From: Calcarisporiella thermophila CBS 279.70 | Taxonomy: Eukaryota > Fungi > Calcarisporiellomycota | DNA length: 64,000 nt | Assembly (NCBI RefSeq): GCF_041956535.1 | Contig: NW_027192192.1 | Span: 809,796-873,795 of the forward strand | Direction of reading: 5' to 3' | Part shown: positions 26,424-39,430 of the stretch, piece after piece | Layout of the letters: every line of letters starts with the position of its first letter | How positions within the stretch are numbered: position 1 is the stretch's first letter | Made by a program: the position numbers and the translations under genes | The notes under the pieces: generated by a model | What the model was told of the DNA's origin: nothing | Seen by the model: the letters and a program-made list of their open reading frames with translations, nothing else | The model's database searches: none

Positions 26424-29215
26424 TCAGAGAGCCATTAATGGGCCGCCATACTCCTTCGAAATGCGGATATTTACTTTGGCTCTTACCTCGCGGGCAGCCT
26501 CGCTCCATTCTGGGCTGTGTTTGGACGCTAATGTGAATGAAAAGAGGGCGGTTAAGGATCCAATAGTTTGGCAAACAAATAGAAATAAGACGAGTCATTA
26601 TTCAGAAAAAAAAAAGATATAGTTCAAAAGTTGAAAGTAGTAGGTGGGCCTTTTCCAAATCTCTATCTTCCACCAATGCGATCAGATACTGCTCGAACAG
26701 TTTAACGTCTTCCGGCTGTGGACCCACTTCGTTGTGTGTGCGTATCCACTCTCGGAGAATCCCCCGTAAGTCAGAGAGCTCGGTTTTGCCGAGAAGCGAG
26801 GGCTTTTCTCTTCTAGCCCCGGGGAGCTCGCTAGAAATTCTTGGCGGCTTTTCAGAAGAAAGTTAATAACTTTGCACGTGAGAGCACGAGCAGTGGGTTA
26901 ATTAATGATACCTGTATAGGGGCGTCTATGGAGTTTCTGGCCTCTCTTTTTCGAGGCTCTAAGAGTGGGGCCTCCGCTTTCTTGTGGGAATACTCTTGCA
27001 AAACTTCACTTTTCAATTCTAGTCCACACGAAATAGATGATTAGAATGCGTGACTCCTCCTTATTGAGAGCAAAAGAAAGACACCTGGTGGCAATGCATC
27101 CAAAAATTCAGGGTCTATTTCAGGTGGCATTTCTCGCCGCGTGCTACTCCCAGCAGGAAAGTCGCCTTCGCGCCAATGCTGCGTAAGCGTGATGGCGGAA
27201 ACATTTGGCTGCCGGATCGGCTTGTCCATAAACTTCTTCTTTTTGCGAGGGCTTTTTTTGGGTCGGCCCCTACCTCTTCTCGGAGGAGGCTCTACGGTGT
27301 CGGTGGAGGAGGTGCGGGCCATGGGCTGCGGAAGTGGCTCCTGAAGAAATTCGAGAATTTCATTTCTAACATGGCTCGGAAGCTCCTCTAATACATCGGG
27401 ATCAATCTGATAGAAGAGGGCATAAGTGGAAAAGATGCTTGGATGCAGTGAATAATAAATAAAAAGGGGTAGAATACCTGTGACGCAGTGGGGAGTAAAC
27501 TCGCCCTCTCATTCGGAGGAAGCCGCTTCGAAGCACGCATGGGTTCTTTGCCATCCGACCGCCGCTTTTCGGTGCTATTGCAGCTGTAGGCCCTTAGCAT
27601 CTGGTTTCGCATTTGCTCAGGCATGGCCAAGAGCGCTTCTGGATCCAGCTGAGACCAAGGCGGGAGATCAGTTTGTGTCGATGGCTCATTGACCGGCTCA
27701 ACTCTATTCGATATTGGGGGTAAACCCCTGGATTCTAGCTCTGAGATTTCAATTGAAAGTCCTTGATAAGACGGTAGAGCCATGTATGAGCGAGTTTATG
27801 TGGAAAATAAATTCTCCCATATAAGGTCTCAATTATAATTATAACCGTAATTACCTAATATTTCAGCTGGTGGAATATTGAGCTGTCGAAACATTATGTA
27901 GCTCTCGGCCGATATTTTGGGGGTATCGTTAGAAGCTTCGGACCAAGTTATGGTTTTGCAGTGGGAATCATCATCCTTGCGAGTAATTACCTAGCGCGAA
28001 CATAAAAAGTACCTCAGATAATGAGAGAATGTTAGGATTTCACTTCTATTTCTACTCACTTTTAAAGAAAGCTGTCTTCCCCGCCGCCCAACTTCTCTCA
28101 GATGACCACTTACTTCACCGGCCAGCCCGTGAAGGAATCTCTATATTATCAATCATACGTCAGCAGATGCAAGGATAAATACAAGGGAATTGGAAACCTA
28201 CCTCCACTTGTTCGTTGGTCTCGAAGCGAATTCCCCACTAAACGAAATATCATGTTAAATATTTCTATTCAGTCATGCAAGTAACTTATTTGCCTACGGT
28301 TACTTCAGCCCCAATCGAAGTTTGCGAAAGATCCTCTTGTATCCTCTCCTGGGTCCGGGGCTCCGGCCGCGGGGGGGTTTCAGGCACCTCCACTCTCTCT
28401 TCCTCCTCTGGCGTCTTTACCTCCTCTTCACTCTTCTGAATCCCTCCTTTTCGTAATGCAGAAGATTCTCCAGCGTTGTTCGACCGAGAACTTGACGCTG
28501 ACGCACTAGGGCTCGATGCATAAGCAAAGATGAGGCGTTGATCAGATTTGGGTTGAAGAAGGCGGAAGCGCGTCCAAGATAAGAGTCTCCCATGCTTTAC
28601 CGACTCAGTTATCCATTCCGGGAGCACAACGCGGTAGTTCCTGTTGTTAAAAAAATATTTAGCAAATAGTTTAATTAAAAAAATAGAGAAGAAGGGTAGA
28701 AAGGAGATGGAAAAAAGGGCGCACCGAAATTGATGCTGTTTGCTTGGGGTCAGATTACTGCACACGATATGCGTCACTTTGGATGGCTCCACTGGTGTAA
28801 AATGAAAAAGGAAAAACTGTGGTTATGGCATTGGAATTCTAGTGTAATAACTATTTAAATTACAATAGTGCTGGAAGCTGCCTCCGTGTTCGCATACCAA
28901 TCTCCTAATCTCGTTGTGATTCGGCTTTGTGTATCCGTTGACATGGATCGTGAGTCCTTGGAAGATTGGGGGGAATTTGCGGCCCGCATTTTTGTAGCTA
29001 TGGCGTAGAAGAAGAGGATAAATTTCTTGGACATTTTCCTAGCACCCCATTGAGCATTACATTTCATATTCTTGATCATTTAACTTTAGTCGCTTCGCAT
29101 GCATGTACTTCCCAAACTCCCCAAATTGGATAGCACCGTAAGGATCGAGCTCATCTACCGTTTCCACTTCCTTGTTCCCTTTAGCGCCATCGCGTCTCCT
29201 GGAATCCTCTGCCAT
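26424..29215 (-). CDS. REV1: REV1-like protein lacking the polymerase catalytic core (BRCT - degenerate PAD - 3 UBM - AT-hook - CTD)
   Basis: FGEFGKYMHAKRLKL; BRCT IFQGLTIHVNGYTKP...EHGG; SIGAEVT|WGIRFET; UBMs (SQLDPEALLAMPEQMR, SQIDPDVLEELPSHVR, EIDPEFLDALPPELK); CTD LREWI...P..EDV..F..YL..LVEDRDLEK...W...YG. Confidence 0.88.
26533..26620 (-). other. U12-type (minor spliceosome) AT-AC intron
   Basis: 5'ss ATATCTTT, branch point TCCTTAAC (26551-26558), 3'ss CAC. Removing it restores the Rev1 CTD frame. Confidence 0.88.
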
Positions 29216-29637
29216 AGTGGCAAAATTTCAAGCGTTGAAATCAATATCCAGTATTCATAAGAGTTAACTTTATATATAATTTTTCCAATTCCGCTCAGAC
29301 TCTCATTTTCAACAGCCGTCATCAAACCTAGCTGTACGCTATAACAAAATCTATTATAATTTTTATGAAAAAGGGGCACCAAGGGCAATATAAATAGGCA
29401 AAAATAAAGAAAAAGGTAGATGATGAAATCACCAAAATAGAGAAAAATAAAATAGAAATATTATACAAAAAAAAAAAAATAGAAAATACACGTATTACTT
29501 AAACATTGCAGAAAAAAAGAGAGGGAATATGTTTACCACAAATAAGATCTAGTACCGTCATGTCCATTAATGCATTGCCCATTCCTCCATCCTCCTTATA
29601 ATTTTCCTCTCCTCCAACTAATAATATCCAGAGTAGC

Positions 29638-31764
29638 TCAGCTCTTTCCATTTCCCAATCGTCCCTCTTTTTCCATCCTACGCCTCGCTGGGTCATTCTC
29701 CATAGCCAAAACAAAGGAGGCTTGCATCTGTTTATGGCGATCCTCGATATAGCCGTTCAGATCAACAGAATCAGAAGGCGAGAATAGACTCTCCCCATCC
29801 TGCGATATTATCGGTGGGGTGGTGAGCTCTGAAGACGACGCAGTATGGATAACATCGTGGTCCACCACGGCCTGGTAGAAGAGCACATAGCCGGATCCCG
29901 CCATTGGGGCGTCACCAAAGTATTTCGAGATTTCGGATTCATCGATTTCCTAGATAGGGGGAAGAGTTGGGGGACAAGGTGGATAAGAGACGAGGAGCTC
30001 TACACCTACCTCTACCAGGTCGTCGTCAAACAGCACCCACTTGTCATTCGTTTTAGTGATCGCAATATAATGACCATACTGCAAGCCACTGTACGATGTA
30101 GAGAGGCAGTGAGATTTAATAAATAGGGCACCGCACTTCATCAACACGAACCTTCCAATATGGACCACGATGGCAAATAGCTCGTACATACGATCCGAAT
30201 CCTCAGCATTGTCAGACTGATCCGGAAAGAAAAAACCAAGCGTTCCCATTCAGTAAATATTTCCAAAATTGAAAAAATTGCTTAAAGAGCTTACAGTATT
30301 AAATAATCGTAACTCAAAGGGAAACGTCACACGATAGGAGAGCTTAGCATACCGCTGCAGACGTTCCTGGTATTTGAAACGTTTCAGATGCAGTGCAAGG
30401 ACATAGGGCAGTTTTTTTATTTTCATTCTATTCAGTATTAGCTGGGTTATCTATCATTTAACAGAGGGGTCCCGATCAAGATAGCTACCTTTTCTCAGCC
30501 TCCTGAAGCCCGCAGCAACAATCGCAAAAGAACTTATTTCTTTGGCACAGCATCTCGCTCGCTGAGAACTGACGCAGGCAGGAAGTCACCGACGTATTCT
30601 CTTCAATGTCAATCGAGAGGTCAAGAAAGGCCTCATCCCGACACGTCACCTAGCCAAATTGTTGACACCTAGAATTTCAAAGCCCACTTTTCTCCAGACC
30701 AAAAAAAAACTTACCGTCTCACAAGTCAAGCATCTAGTTTCGTTGGTCAGTATTCCCTCGAAGAGCTGGTGAATCCAAGTGGACCCCGCGCCGCTATTCG
30801 AATGTGAAAAGTGGTGCGATTTTATAGTCCCATTGCTGCTTGACAAACTCGCCCGCTCATCCGACGAGTTGCTGGCAGTATGATCATCGCTCTCCAAGGC
30901 CATCCTCTTCTGGTACCGAAGTATATCTTCAGCCAGCGCGTTTAGCAAATACATAAGAAACTCGTGCGCATCTTGGTGGTCGCTACCTCGGAATAAACCT
31001 GTTTGATATTGCCGCGTGAGTATGAGTATACAGAAAGCACGGAAGAGAGAATAATAACCATTTTCTCGTTTGAGCTTTGCGATAAGTGCGGTGGGTGCAA
31101 TTACGGTATGGTTTCGTCGCTGTGTCCCTATTTTCCAGAATAGTTGCTTCAGTGCCAAGAAAATGGTGTCGTCCATCCCTGGCACCTCGAACTCCCCCCC
31201 ATCGGTCCCCGGTGGAATCTTATTCGAAGAGAACATAGGGTATGTCCCCATTCTGGTCGTATTGTTCGACATATTGGCGACTATCGACAGAGCTCCCATG
31301 AGGGATGGGGGAGATTGAATAGTTTCATCCAGCGACATTTTGCTGAATCTATCGGTGATAAATTCTTTTCTTGAAGTGGCGCTAGGCGAACTGGGTGCGA
31401 CGGGGCCACCTTGGGTCTGCAGGGGAAAAACAACATTGGGGTAACTTTGCACACACTCGCGGAAGGGTTTGCACGAGAAGAGGGCCTGGAGAATAGAATT
31501 GCAGAAGCAGGTATTACCAAACTATAAAAAAAAAGAGATCAGCTTTTGAATCGCAACGAGTAATCTGTCAAAGGGCTACATTTTCGAGTCCGGTGTAATG
31601 CTCTGTGGTAGAGAGTAAAATATCGTTGGAGAGGGATCGGTTGGATTGCGAGTTCTAGAGCAAACGAAATTTATGTACATCTGCATGCCAGAATCTAAAT
31701 TCGATAATAAGCAAGATCTACTCACAGTTGTCTTTGTTCCGACTATCCATTTCAAAAGTGACAT
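29638..31764 (-). CDS. Ubiquitin-specific protease, USP12/46 (Ubp9/13, CreB) type
   Basis: GLEN|[62 protein letters not shown]. Confidence 0.93.
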
Positions 31765-32558
31765 GATAACAAAATGGACAAGAGGTAGGCCAAAAGGAGA
31801 CCTTTTCGCATATATTATGTCTCGTCCAGTTTCTCAGATTGTGATGTGTTCCAAAGAATGCGTTGTATGAGTTGGCGTTTTGCAAGAGTAACAATTTTCT
31901 GAGAGGATGGAAAATGAATGGCCACCGTGAAAGGAAGAGATTAATCAAGACAGTAGTGCATACGATGTAGAACAGCGGAGTTGATTAGGTGGGAGGCGAT
32001 GAGAGTGGAGAAAGAAAAACAGCAGCACGTAGTGAATATTGACGGTGCTATTCAAGGTTCAAGACTATTAAAGTCTTTCCCAATTACCACGAAATACCGA
32101 GCAAAATGTGAAATTTTTCTCTCGTGCTGCAGCATTTGCAGAGTATTTGGCATCATTATCTAAGAATTACGACACAAGAAATTAAACCCAGCGAAATTTC
32201 AGTGCTTTATTGAAGGTTGCATATGTATAGTATATATCAATAGGATTATGAGATTCTAAGACTTTTTTTCACTGCTATCAATAAGAATGAACTTCAACCA
32301 ATTTAAAGAAAAAAAAAAAAGATTATATAGGCAGCTTTGTTAAAAAGCCACAGTTAGATAATCTTTTGTTGAAAAGACCATCCAGCATCATCATTTTGCA
32401 ATTGTTGAAATCACCAATGTTAGAGTGTTGAATCTCTTACCTAGAGAAAATGTTGAATTTTGCTCTTACCATTACACCGAGGAGCCTTTTGTTGAAAAGA
32501 CTACTCCATTTACACATCATGTACGTACACCTATATACAAAAAAAAGGAGGGAGACGT

Positions 32559-35034
32559 CTACTCCCGTTGAGCACGGAAGTGACGCGCAACCTCGCACAT
32601 ATTGCTGAGTTGTGCCTGAACCTCGGACCAGGTACGGGTCTTGAGGCCACAATCAGGGTTGATCCAAAGCAGGTGCTTAGGAATATACTTCAGCATTTCA
32701 GCAACACGGTCGCGCATTTCTTCGACGGAGGGCACACGAGGCGAGTGAATATCGTACACTCCGGGGCCAATTTCATTGGTATACTGGTATTTCTCGAACG
32801 CGCTCAACAGCTTCATGTCGCTCTTGGAGTTCTCGATCGTAATCACATCGGCTAGGAAGGATAAGAAAATATATTAGCTCATCTTTTCCTTCTTCAACCA
32901 CTCTCTCGTCCCCCTCCCCCCCTCCTCCCTCTGGAGTAAGAAGGCCACATACCATCCATGGCTTGAATAGCCTCGAAGATGTCGTTGAAATCTGAGTAAC
33001 ACATGTGAGTATGAATCTGGGTGCTATCCTCAACACCTGTCGTCGACAAGAGGAAGCTTCGGACACTCCAGTCCAGGTAGTAGCCCCAATCCTTTCGACG
33101 AAGAGGCAAGCCCTCGCGAATGGCAGGCTCATCCACCTGGATGCACGGAATGCCAGCTTTCTCCAGATCCTGCACTTCATCGCGGATGGCGAGTGCAATC
33201 TGCTGGCAGACGTCCTTACGAGGGATATCATCACGGACGAAAGACCAGTTGAGCATGGTAACTAGGATGCAAAGGAAATCAGCATGGCAAACAAACAATA
33301 GAATGAATCACCCAACGTACCAGGGCCAGTTAGCATGCCTTTCATAGGCTTTTGGGTCAGAGTCTGGGCATACACGGTCTCCTTCACGGTCATAGCGAAT
33401 GGCCGATGAACATCCCCGAAGATCACGGGGGGCTTCACGCACCGCGAACCGTAGGACACAACCCATCCATTGTCGGTGAACAGATACCCTTGCAAGAGTT
33501 TTCCGAAATGAGCCACCATGTCATCACGCTCAGATTCACCGTGGACAAGCACGTCGAGGCCAACTTCCTCTTGGAACTTGACAGCATACTGAATCTGGGT
33601 TTTGATGAACGCCTCGTACTCCTCGGCTGTGATCTCACCCTTGGTGAACTTGGATCGAGTGACGCGGATCTCTTTAGTCTGAGGGAAAGAGCCGATGGTG
33701 GTCGTGGGGAAAAGAGGAAGGTTAAGCTTGGCAACCTGGCGTTCGCGACGGTGCTGGAATGCAGATTTGCGTCGGTACATGTCATCGGTCACTGCATTGA
33801 CACGTTCCCGAACAGCGGCGTTGGTAGTGTGAGAAGAGTTCTTGCGGGCTTCAATGGAGCGAGCGTTATCCGCTAGCTCATCCTTTACTGCAGTGTCGCC
33901 GGCATTCAACGCCTTAGTGAGCACTTTGATCTCCACCGTCTTCTCTGCAGCAAAGGCAAGCCAATCGAATACCTCGGGATTGTTCTTCTTCACATTCACC
34001 TCATATTTTGTCGACACAGGGCTGTGAAGCATGCTAGAGGAGGGTGCGATGAACACACGCTCCGAACCAACCGCTTCGACAACGCGACGTGCAGTAGCAA
34101 GCGCTTGGGCGAGATTAGTTTTCCAAATATTGCGACCGTCGACGAGACCGAGAGACACGACCTGGGTAGGCTTGAGCTCAGCGAGAACGGCGTCAAGTTG
34201 TTCCGGGTTGCGAACAAGATCAATGTGAATACCATCTACAGGAGCGTTTCGAATAAGTGCAAGATTGGGGGCGATGGTGCCGAAGTAAGTGGTGAGAAGG
34301 AGTTTAAGCTGAGGCGTGGTAGTCTTCAGGCGACTGTACACCGTCTCGAAGGCGGTGAGGTCTACAGGCAGATCCTTAATAAGGACTGGTTCATCAATCT
34401 GTACCCACTCAGCACCGGCAGAAGCAAGCTTGGTAAGGAGCTCTTCATATGCAGGGAGAAGGCGTGGAAGGAGAGAAAGGGTGTCAAACTTCTCAACCCC
34501 CTTAGCAGCCTTCCCGAGAAGCAAAAAGGAAATGGGGCCAAGCAAAACAGGGCGAGTGCGGATACCAAGTTCCTTGGCTTCCAAGAACTCATCGACGGGC
34601 TTGGTCGTTGCGAGATGGAACTGCTGGTCAGGAGTAAATTCGGGGACGATGAAATGATAATTGGTGTCGAACCACTTCTTCATCTCACAGGCGGGCACAT
34701 CGACCTTGGGAGTGGTCTCGGTAGCAGGCTTCTGAAGACCACGGCCCATAGCGAAGTACTGGGTCAAGCCATGAGGAAGATGCTGGTAGCGCTGAGGGAC
34801 GACACCGAATACGTAGGCAGTATCCAACACATGATCGTAGAATGAGAAGTCATTGCTTGGGATGTGCTCGATACCGTTATCCTGCTGGAGGCGCCAGTGA
34901 GCCTCACGAAGTTTCTTCGCACCAGCGAGGAGGTCGGTTTCTGTAATCTTGCTGGACCAGAAACTTTCCACCAACTTCTTCAACTCACGGTTAGCACCAA
35001 CACGAGGAAAACCGAGGTTTGTAGCAACAACCAT
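32559..35034 (-). CDS. MET6: Cobalamin-independent methionine synthase (3 exons)
   Basis: [58 protein letters not shown]. Confidence 0.98.
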
Positions 35035-35760
35035 TTTGAATAATGTAATTTTAGTGAGAAGGAAAAAGGGAAAAATTAAAAAAAAAACTAGGAGTAAAGG
35101 GGTAAGAAAATGAAGAGACTATTGCAAGATGAGAAAAGAAGAGTATGGTGAGAAAGAACTCGGTGAGAGAGTAGCCTTAAATAGGGGCACAAATCAACCC
35201 CCGACAAGAGGTAAAAAAGCTTTTTCTCGAGCACGCGCAAAATATAAGGTGATTTACCCCCAACAAAAGAAAATAAAAATAAAACCAGAATAGTGCTCCA
35301 GGAAAAAACTTAGGTTGAAGAACAATAACAAGTTCGATCAAGAGCGTGTAATGATATGCATCAATTCAGAATGGCACCGTTTCCATACTATCACTATTAC
35401 TCTTCCCTCAAGTAAAGAATTGCTTTTCCCAAGCTTTTCGTATAACATGCACCCCGCCTATTGGCTTATAAAGGCGTGCTTATTACGGAATGACTGGGTA
35501 CAACTGGCTAGAATTCGAGATATTAGAATCCGCTCTAGAGTATCACCATCTCCCTTTTGATAACATGTGCCTGCCCCATCTCCGCTATTTCCCATTCCAC
35601 CATCTCTGGAGGCTTAGCCATGGCTCTTTTCAATTTCATGTTTTGTCATCAGCGAGGTTTTGTCATCAAAGCGTGACGGCTAACGGAATAGAGACCTAAA
35701 CAAAAAGGTGAGGACGATACGAAGTCACTTCTTAGTCCGTTTCGTGATCCGTAATCCGTA

Positions 35761-37061
35761 ATGTCCACTACACAACAATCAACAAGATCATCCCTTTTTA
35801 CTTGTCTGGCATGCCATGTCGCCTTCCACACCTCCGATCATCAAAAGGAGCACTACCGTACTGATTGGCATCGCTACAATTTGAAGCGCAAAGTAGCAGA
35901 GCTTCCCCCCGTCACAGCAGAGCAGTTTGCAAACAAAGTGCTAGCACAGCAGGCGAAAACCAAGGCTGCAGATGATCGTGCAAACTACTCGGCGGAGTGT
36001 GTGGCGTGTGGAAAAGTATACTCTTCGGAAAATGCGTACAATAATCATTTGCAGTCCCGTAAACACAAGGAGGCCGAGATCAAATATGAACAGAGAGTAA
36101 GCAAGAACGGACAGGAGACCGAAGCACGGAAACCAGCCGAAGCAAGAGAACAACCAAAGGACGCGAGCACATTGGAGAAGAAACCAGTACCACAAGCAAT
36201 CACAGAAGCAACCACAGAGGCGGAGATGCTGGATATTATCGATAAAAAAATCGAGGCCGCCGTTAGACTGGAGGAGACGGACTGTCTCTTTTGTACCCAT
36301 CAGAGCTCTACTTTTGAGAAGTATGTATTCTATGAGTCGAGTACTATCCCATGTACTAACACGGCATCCCTCTTCCTAGGAATATAGAACATATGACCGT
36401 GTCCCACAGCTTCTTCATACCCGATATTGAATACCTCGTTGATCTGAGCGGCTTGATCAAATATCTTGGAGAGAAAATTTCGGTCGGCAACCTGTGCATC
36501 TACTGCAATGGTCGGGGTCGACAAATGAATAGCCTTGAGGCGGTACGTAAACACATGGCAGATAAGGGCCACTGGAAGATTGCCTACGACACGGAGGATG
36601 ATGTGGTGGAGATTGCAGACTATTATGATTTCTCATCAAGCTATCCCGATGCAATGGAGACGGATGGGGATGGCGTGGAACTTCCAAGCACGGGAGGTGT
36701 TCAGTTGGCCGAGGATGAAATGGAGCTCATACTGCCCTCTGGAAATAGAATCGGGCATCGCTCGCTTCACCGTTATTACAAACAAAGCTTGCGGCCTACG
36801 CAGCTGGAGAGAGATTCGGCTGCCATCGGCCACTTGATTACCCATTACGAAAATGAAGGTATGGTCGGGTCGGAATCCGGAGGCAATAAGCGAAAGCAGC
36901 CCCGCGCACGAGGGTTGCTTTCCGATCGCGCCTACAACGAGATACACATCCGTAAGACCCATGATCAGTTCCGTGAGCGACGGAATCATCTCGACTTCGA
37001 TTCGCGGATTGGATGCAAGGCTAATAAGTTGCAGCGTCATTTCCGTGCTCAAATCTTGTAA
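35761..37061 (+). CDS. REI1: Cytoplasmic 60S maturation zinc-finger protein Rei1/ZNF622 (1 intron)
   Basis: FTCLAC...HYRTDWHRYNLKRKVAELPPV, CLFC, HSFFIPDIEYL, LILPSG.RIGHR, HFRAQIL. Confidence 0.95.
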
Positions 37062-37454
37062 CCTATTGCATCTACCCCCTCCCCCCACTTTGAACAAAGA
37101 CGATCCCCCACTTCGTTTTATCTTTCGATGTACATATATATATATTCAATATTTACTATGTAGTTAGAAGGAGAAAGAAAAAAAAATGAAAGAAGCGTGA
37201 GATCAAAGAAAAACACTACAAATTGTCCAGTCAGAAAAAAAAAACATCCCAATGATAATGAACAATGTCGTTAGAATAACCATGATACTATGCAGAGTGA
37301 AGTGAATCGAATTGGGTATTAGTACACCATAAAAAAAATAAAAGGAACCCTTTGGAAAGGATTAGAGAGGCTACTAGAGGAGGAAGCGAGGAGGGAAAGA
37401 AGTGGGAAAGCGAAATGCAAAACTAAGGCATCTTTCGTTGGCCGCACACCATTT

Positions 37455-39430
37455 CTATCCCGTTGGGTAGCGGATGCAAATAATGGGCCTTTTTACTTAT
37501 CTCGCATGCCTCCACTGCGCGGTTCTGGCGCTGCAAAAGGAAACGAAGACAAAGAGCCAGATAGATCACTATCACCGAACTAATGAGGTTGACGGTGTCG
37601 CCTTGGGCTAGAGTTGGATATCAACAATGGATTACTCTTCAGCAAAGGATAGAGGAAGGAGAGGGGGGGGGGGTGAGGAGATGTAGAACTCACCATATGA
37701 GGCAGGATTCCGATAGAGCAGCTGAGCTAATATCTCGGAAAACCCACCGATTCCGGCGACGAAGGTCGCCGCCAACAGTCGCTTCGTTGCATCGTGGCTG
37801 TAGTTAGAGGTGATCCACGCAGAGAGCAATGGTAATATGGAAAACATGCCCGCCATCACGAAAAATAACACTAGATACCGGACCGAGGGCTGCCTTACGA
37901 AAATCAGGACCAAAAACCCGAGAGTAGGAGGAATTCCACAGGCAGCGATGGGGATTCCACGCTGGCGCTTGTGGTCCGAATAGTAGGCAACGCCAAGAGA
38001 AAGAATCGATGAGCACAAAAGGATTGGGATTGCTAGCGCCTGGGCTTGGGCTCCAGCATATCCCATTTCAGCAATAGTGGCGTGGATATACTTTCGCTGG
38101 CTGCTGATACAAGTGTAGACGGCTAGATAGAGAATGGTCAGAAAGTATACCTGACAATCCAGAAAGACCTCCTTTATTTTGGTGAGTTCCACTCGCACTT
38201 CGGCGTGGTCGCAAGAAGTGGATTGTGCAGCTCGCTGCTCGGTCCAATCGCGCTCCTTGGGCGATAACCATGTCGCGCTTTGGGGAGAATCGCTGACGAG
38301 AAAGCTAATAGCAAAATAAATAAAAAGAGGCTATTCTCAGTATTCACCCCTGTAAGTCAAAGCAAGCAGTAAGATCACTAACAAGTTCAACACGCCAACA
38401 AAGCAAGTGGTCATTCCGGCGCACAACAAGAGAATCTGCCAACCGCTGAGGACTCCGTTTCCCCTCGCGGGGGATAGACTCACGAAACCACTAAAGGCAT
38501 AAACGATTGCAAGACCCACTAGAGAGCCGTCAGAACCCTATTGCCACTTCCACCCGGTAGGTCTACTTACGCCATATAAGGCTGAGCCGAAATGCGTGCT
38601 CTTTCTGAGAGTAGTAGTATGGGAGCAAGTGGATGATGGCCGGGAAGACCCTAAAAGAGAATTGGACGTGAGATGACCCGATCTACCCGCCCCTCTGATA
38701 AGGATGTGTTTACCCTGCCTGGAAGACGCCGATAAAGAAGCGCGTTACCAGGACGCTCTGTCAAGGGCGAAATCATACTTCACATTAGTGGAGTTCCGAA
38801 GGATTCAATGGGATATAAAATGAAAGGATACCATGAAAAATTTAGATAGCACGCTTAATGCTAGAACGATGCCCGAGAGGGAGATCATGATGGACAACCT
38901 AAGTTAAAGGGATGAGGAAAGGGTTAGAGTGCTTCGACCCCTACTGGCAATATGGAGAGAACAAACCATTTTTGGGGACCTATCCACTTGAATATTAAGC
39001 TCAATCCGAACTTCAATAGAAATGCAGTTAGTCCCAAGGCAGCCTTACTAGTTTCAATAGTGAAATCATACATTCATGATCATGTATCCTATGGCACTGA
39101 ACAGCTCAATCCAGTAGAATCTCTCTTCGCCGATGCGCAAGTCCTGATCGATATGCGCCGTCCTTGCCTAGTTGCAAATGAGTAATGTGTTTTTAGGCGA
39201 TATTGCATGGGAGCTTAGAGAATCGAAATACTCACGATATACAGGCTAGACCTGTCGAACTTGTGCACCGCAAACAGCACCATCAGCCAGACAACTAGCC
39301 TGCCATCGATTTTGCGCACTAGGCGCCGTTCGTCATATACGAGCTGCTCATCGTACAGAGCCTTTGCCTTACTAGAAGCGCGCAGCCTCGTCGTGATCAG
39401 GGAAAAGAGTTGGGGTAATCGTAGGATCAT
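37455..39430 (-). CDS. MFS transporter, Dal5/anion:cation symporter family (multi-exon)
   Basis: ERRLVRKIDGRL, DRS, RFFIGVFQAG, LSGWQIL, W.SP.ERDW, YSDHKRQRG. Confidence 0.85.
38758..38831 (-). other. GT-AG intron with U12-type donor
   Basis: Donor GTATCCTTT. 3' end ...CCCTTGACAG, with a U2-like ACTAAT further upstream. Confidence 0.55.

Noticed and set aside
33352-34845. Long antisense ORFs over MET6 (also over CDC25 and the LPMO)
   Set aside because: Expected shadow ORFs from strong codon bias in the sense gene.
21273-35034. LAT permease and MET6 as a methionine gene cluster
   Set aside because: They are separated by three unrelated genes, the permease substrate is unknown, and no shared motif was seen.
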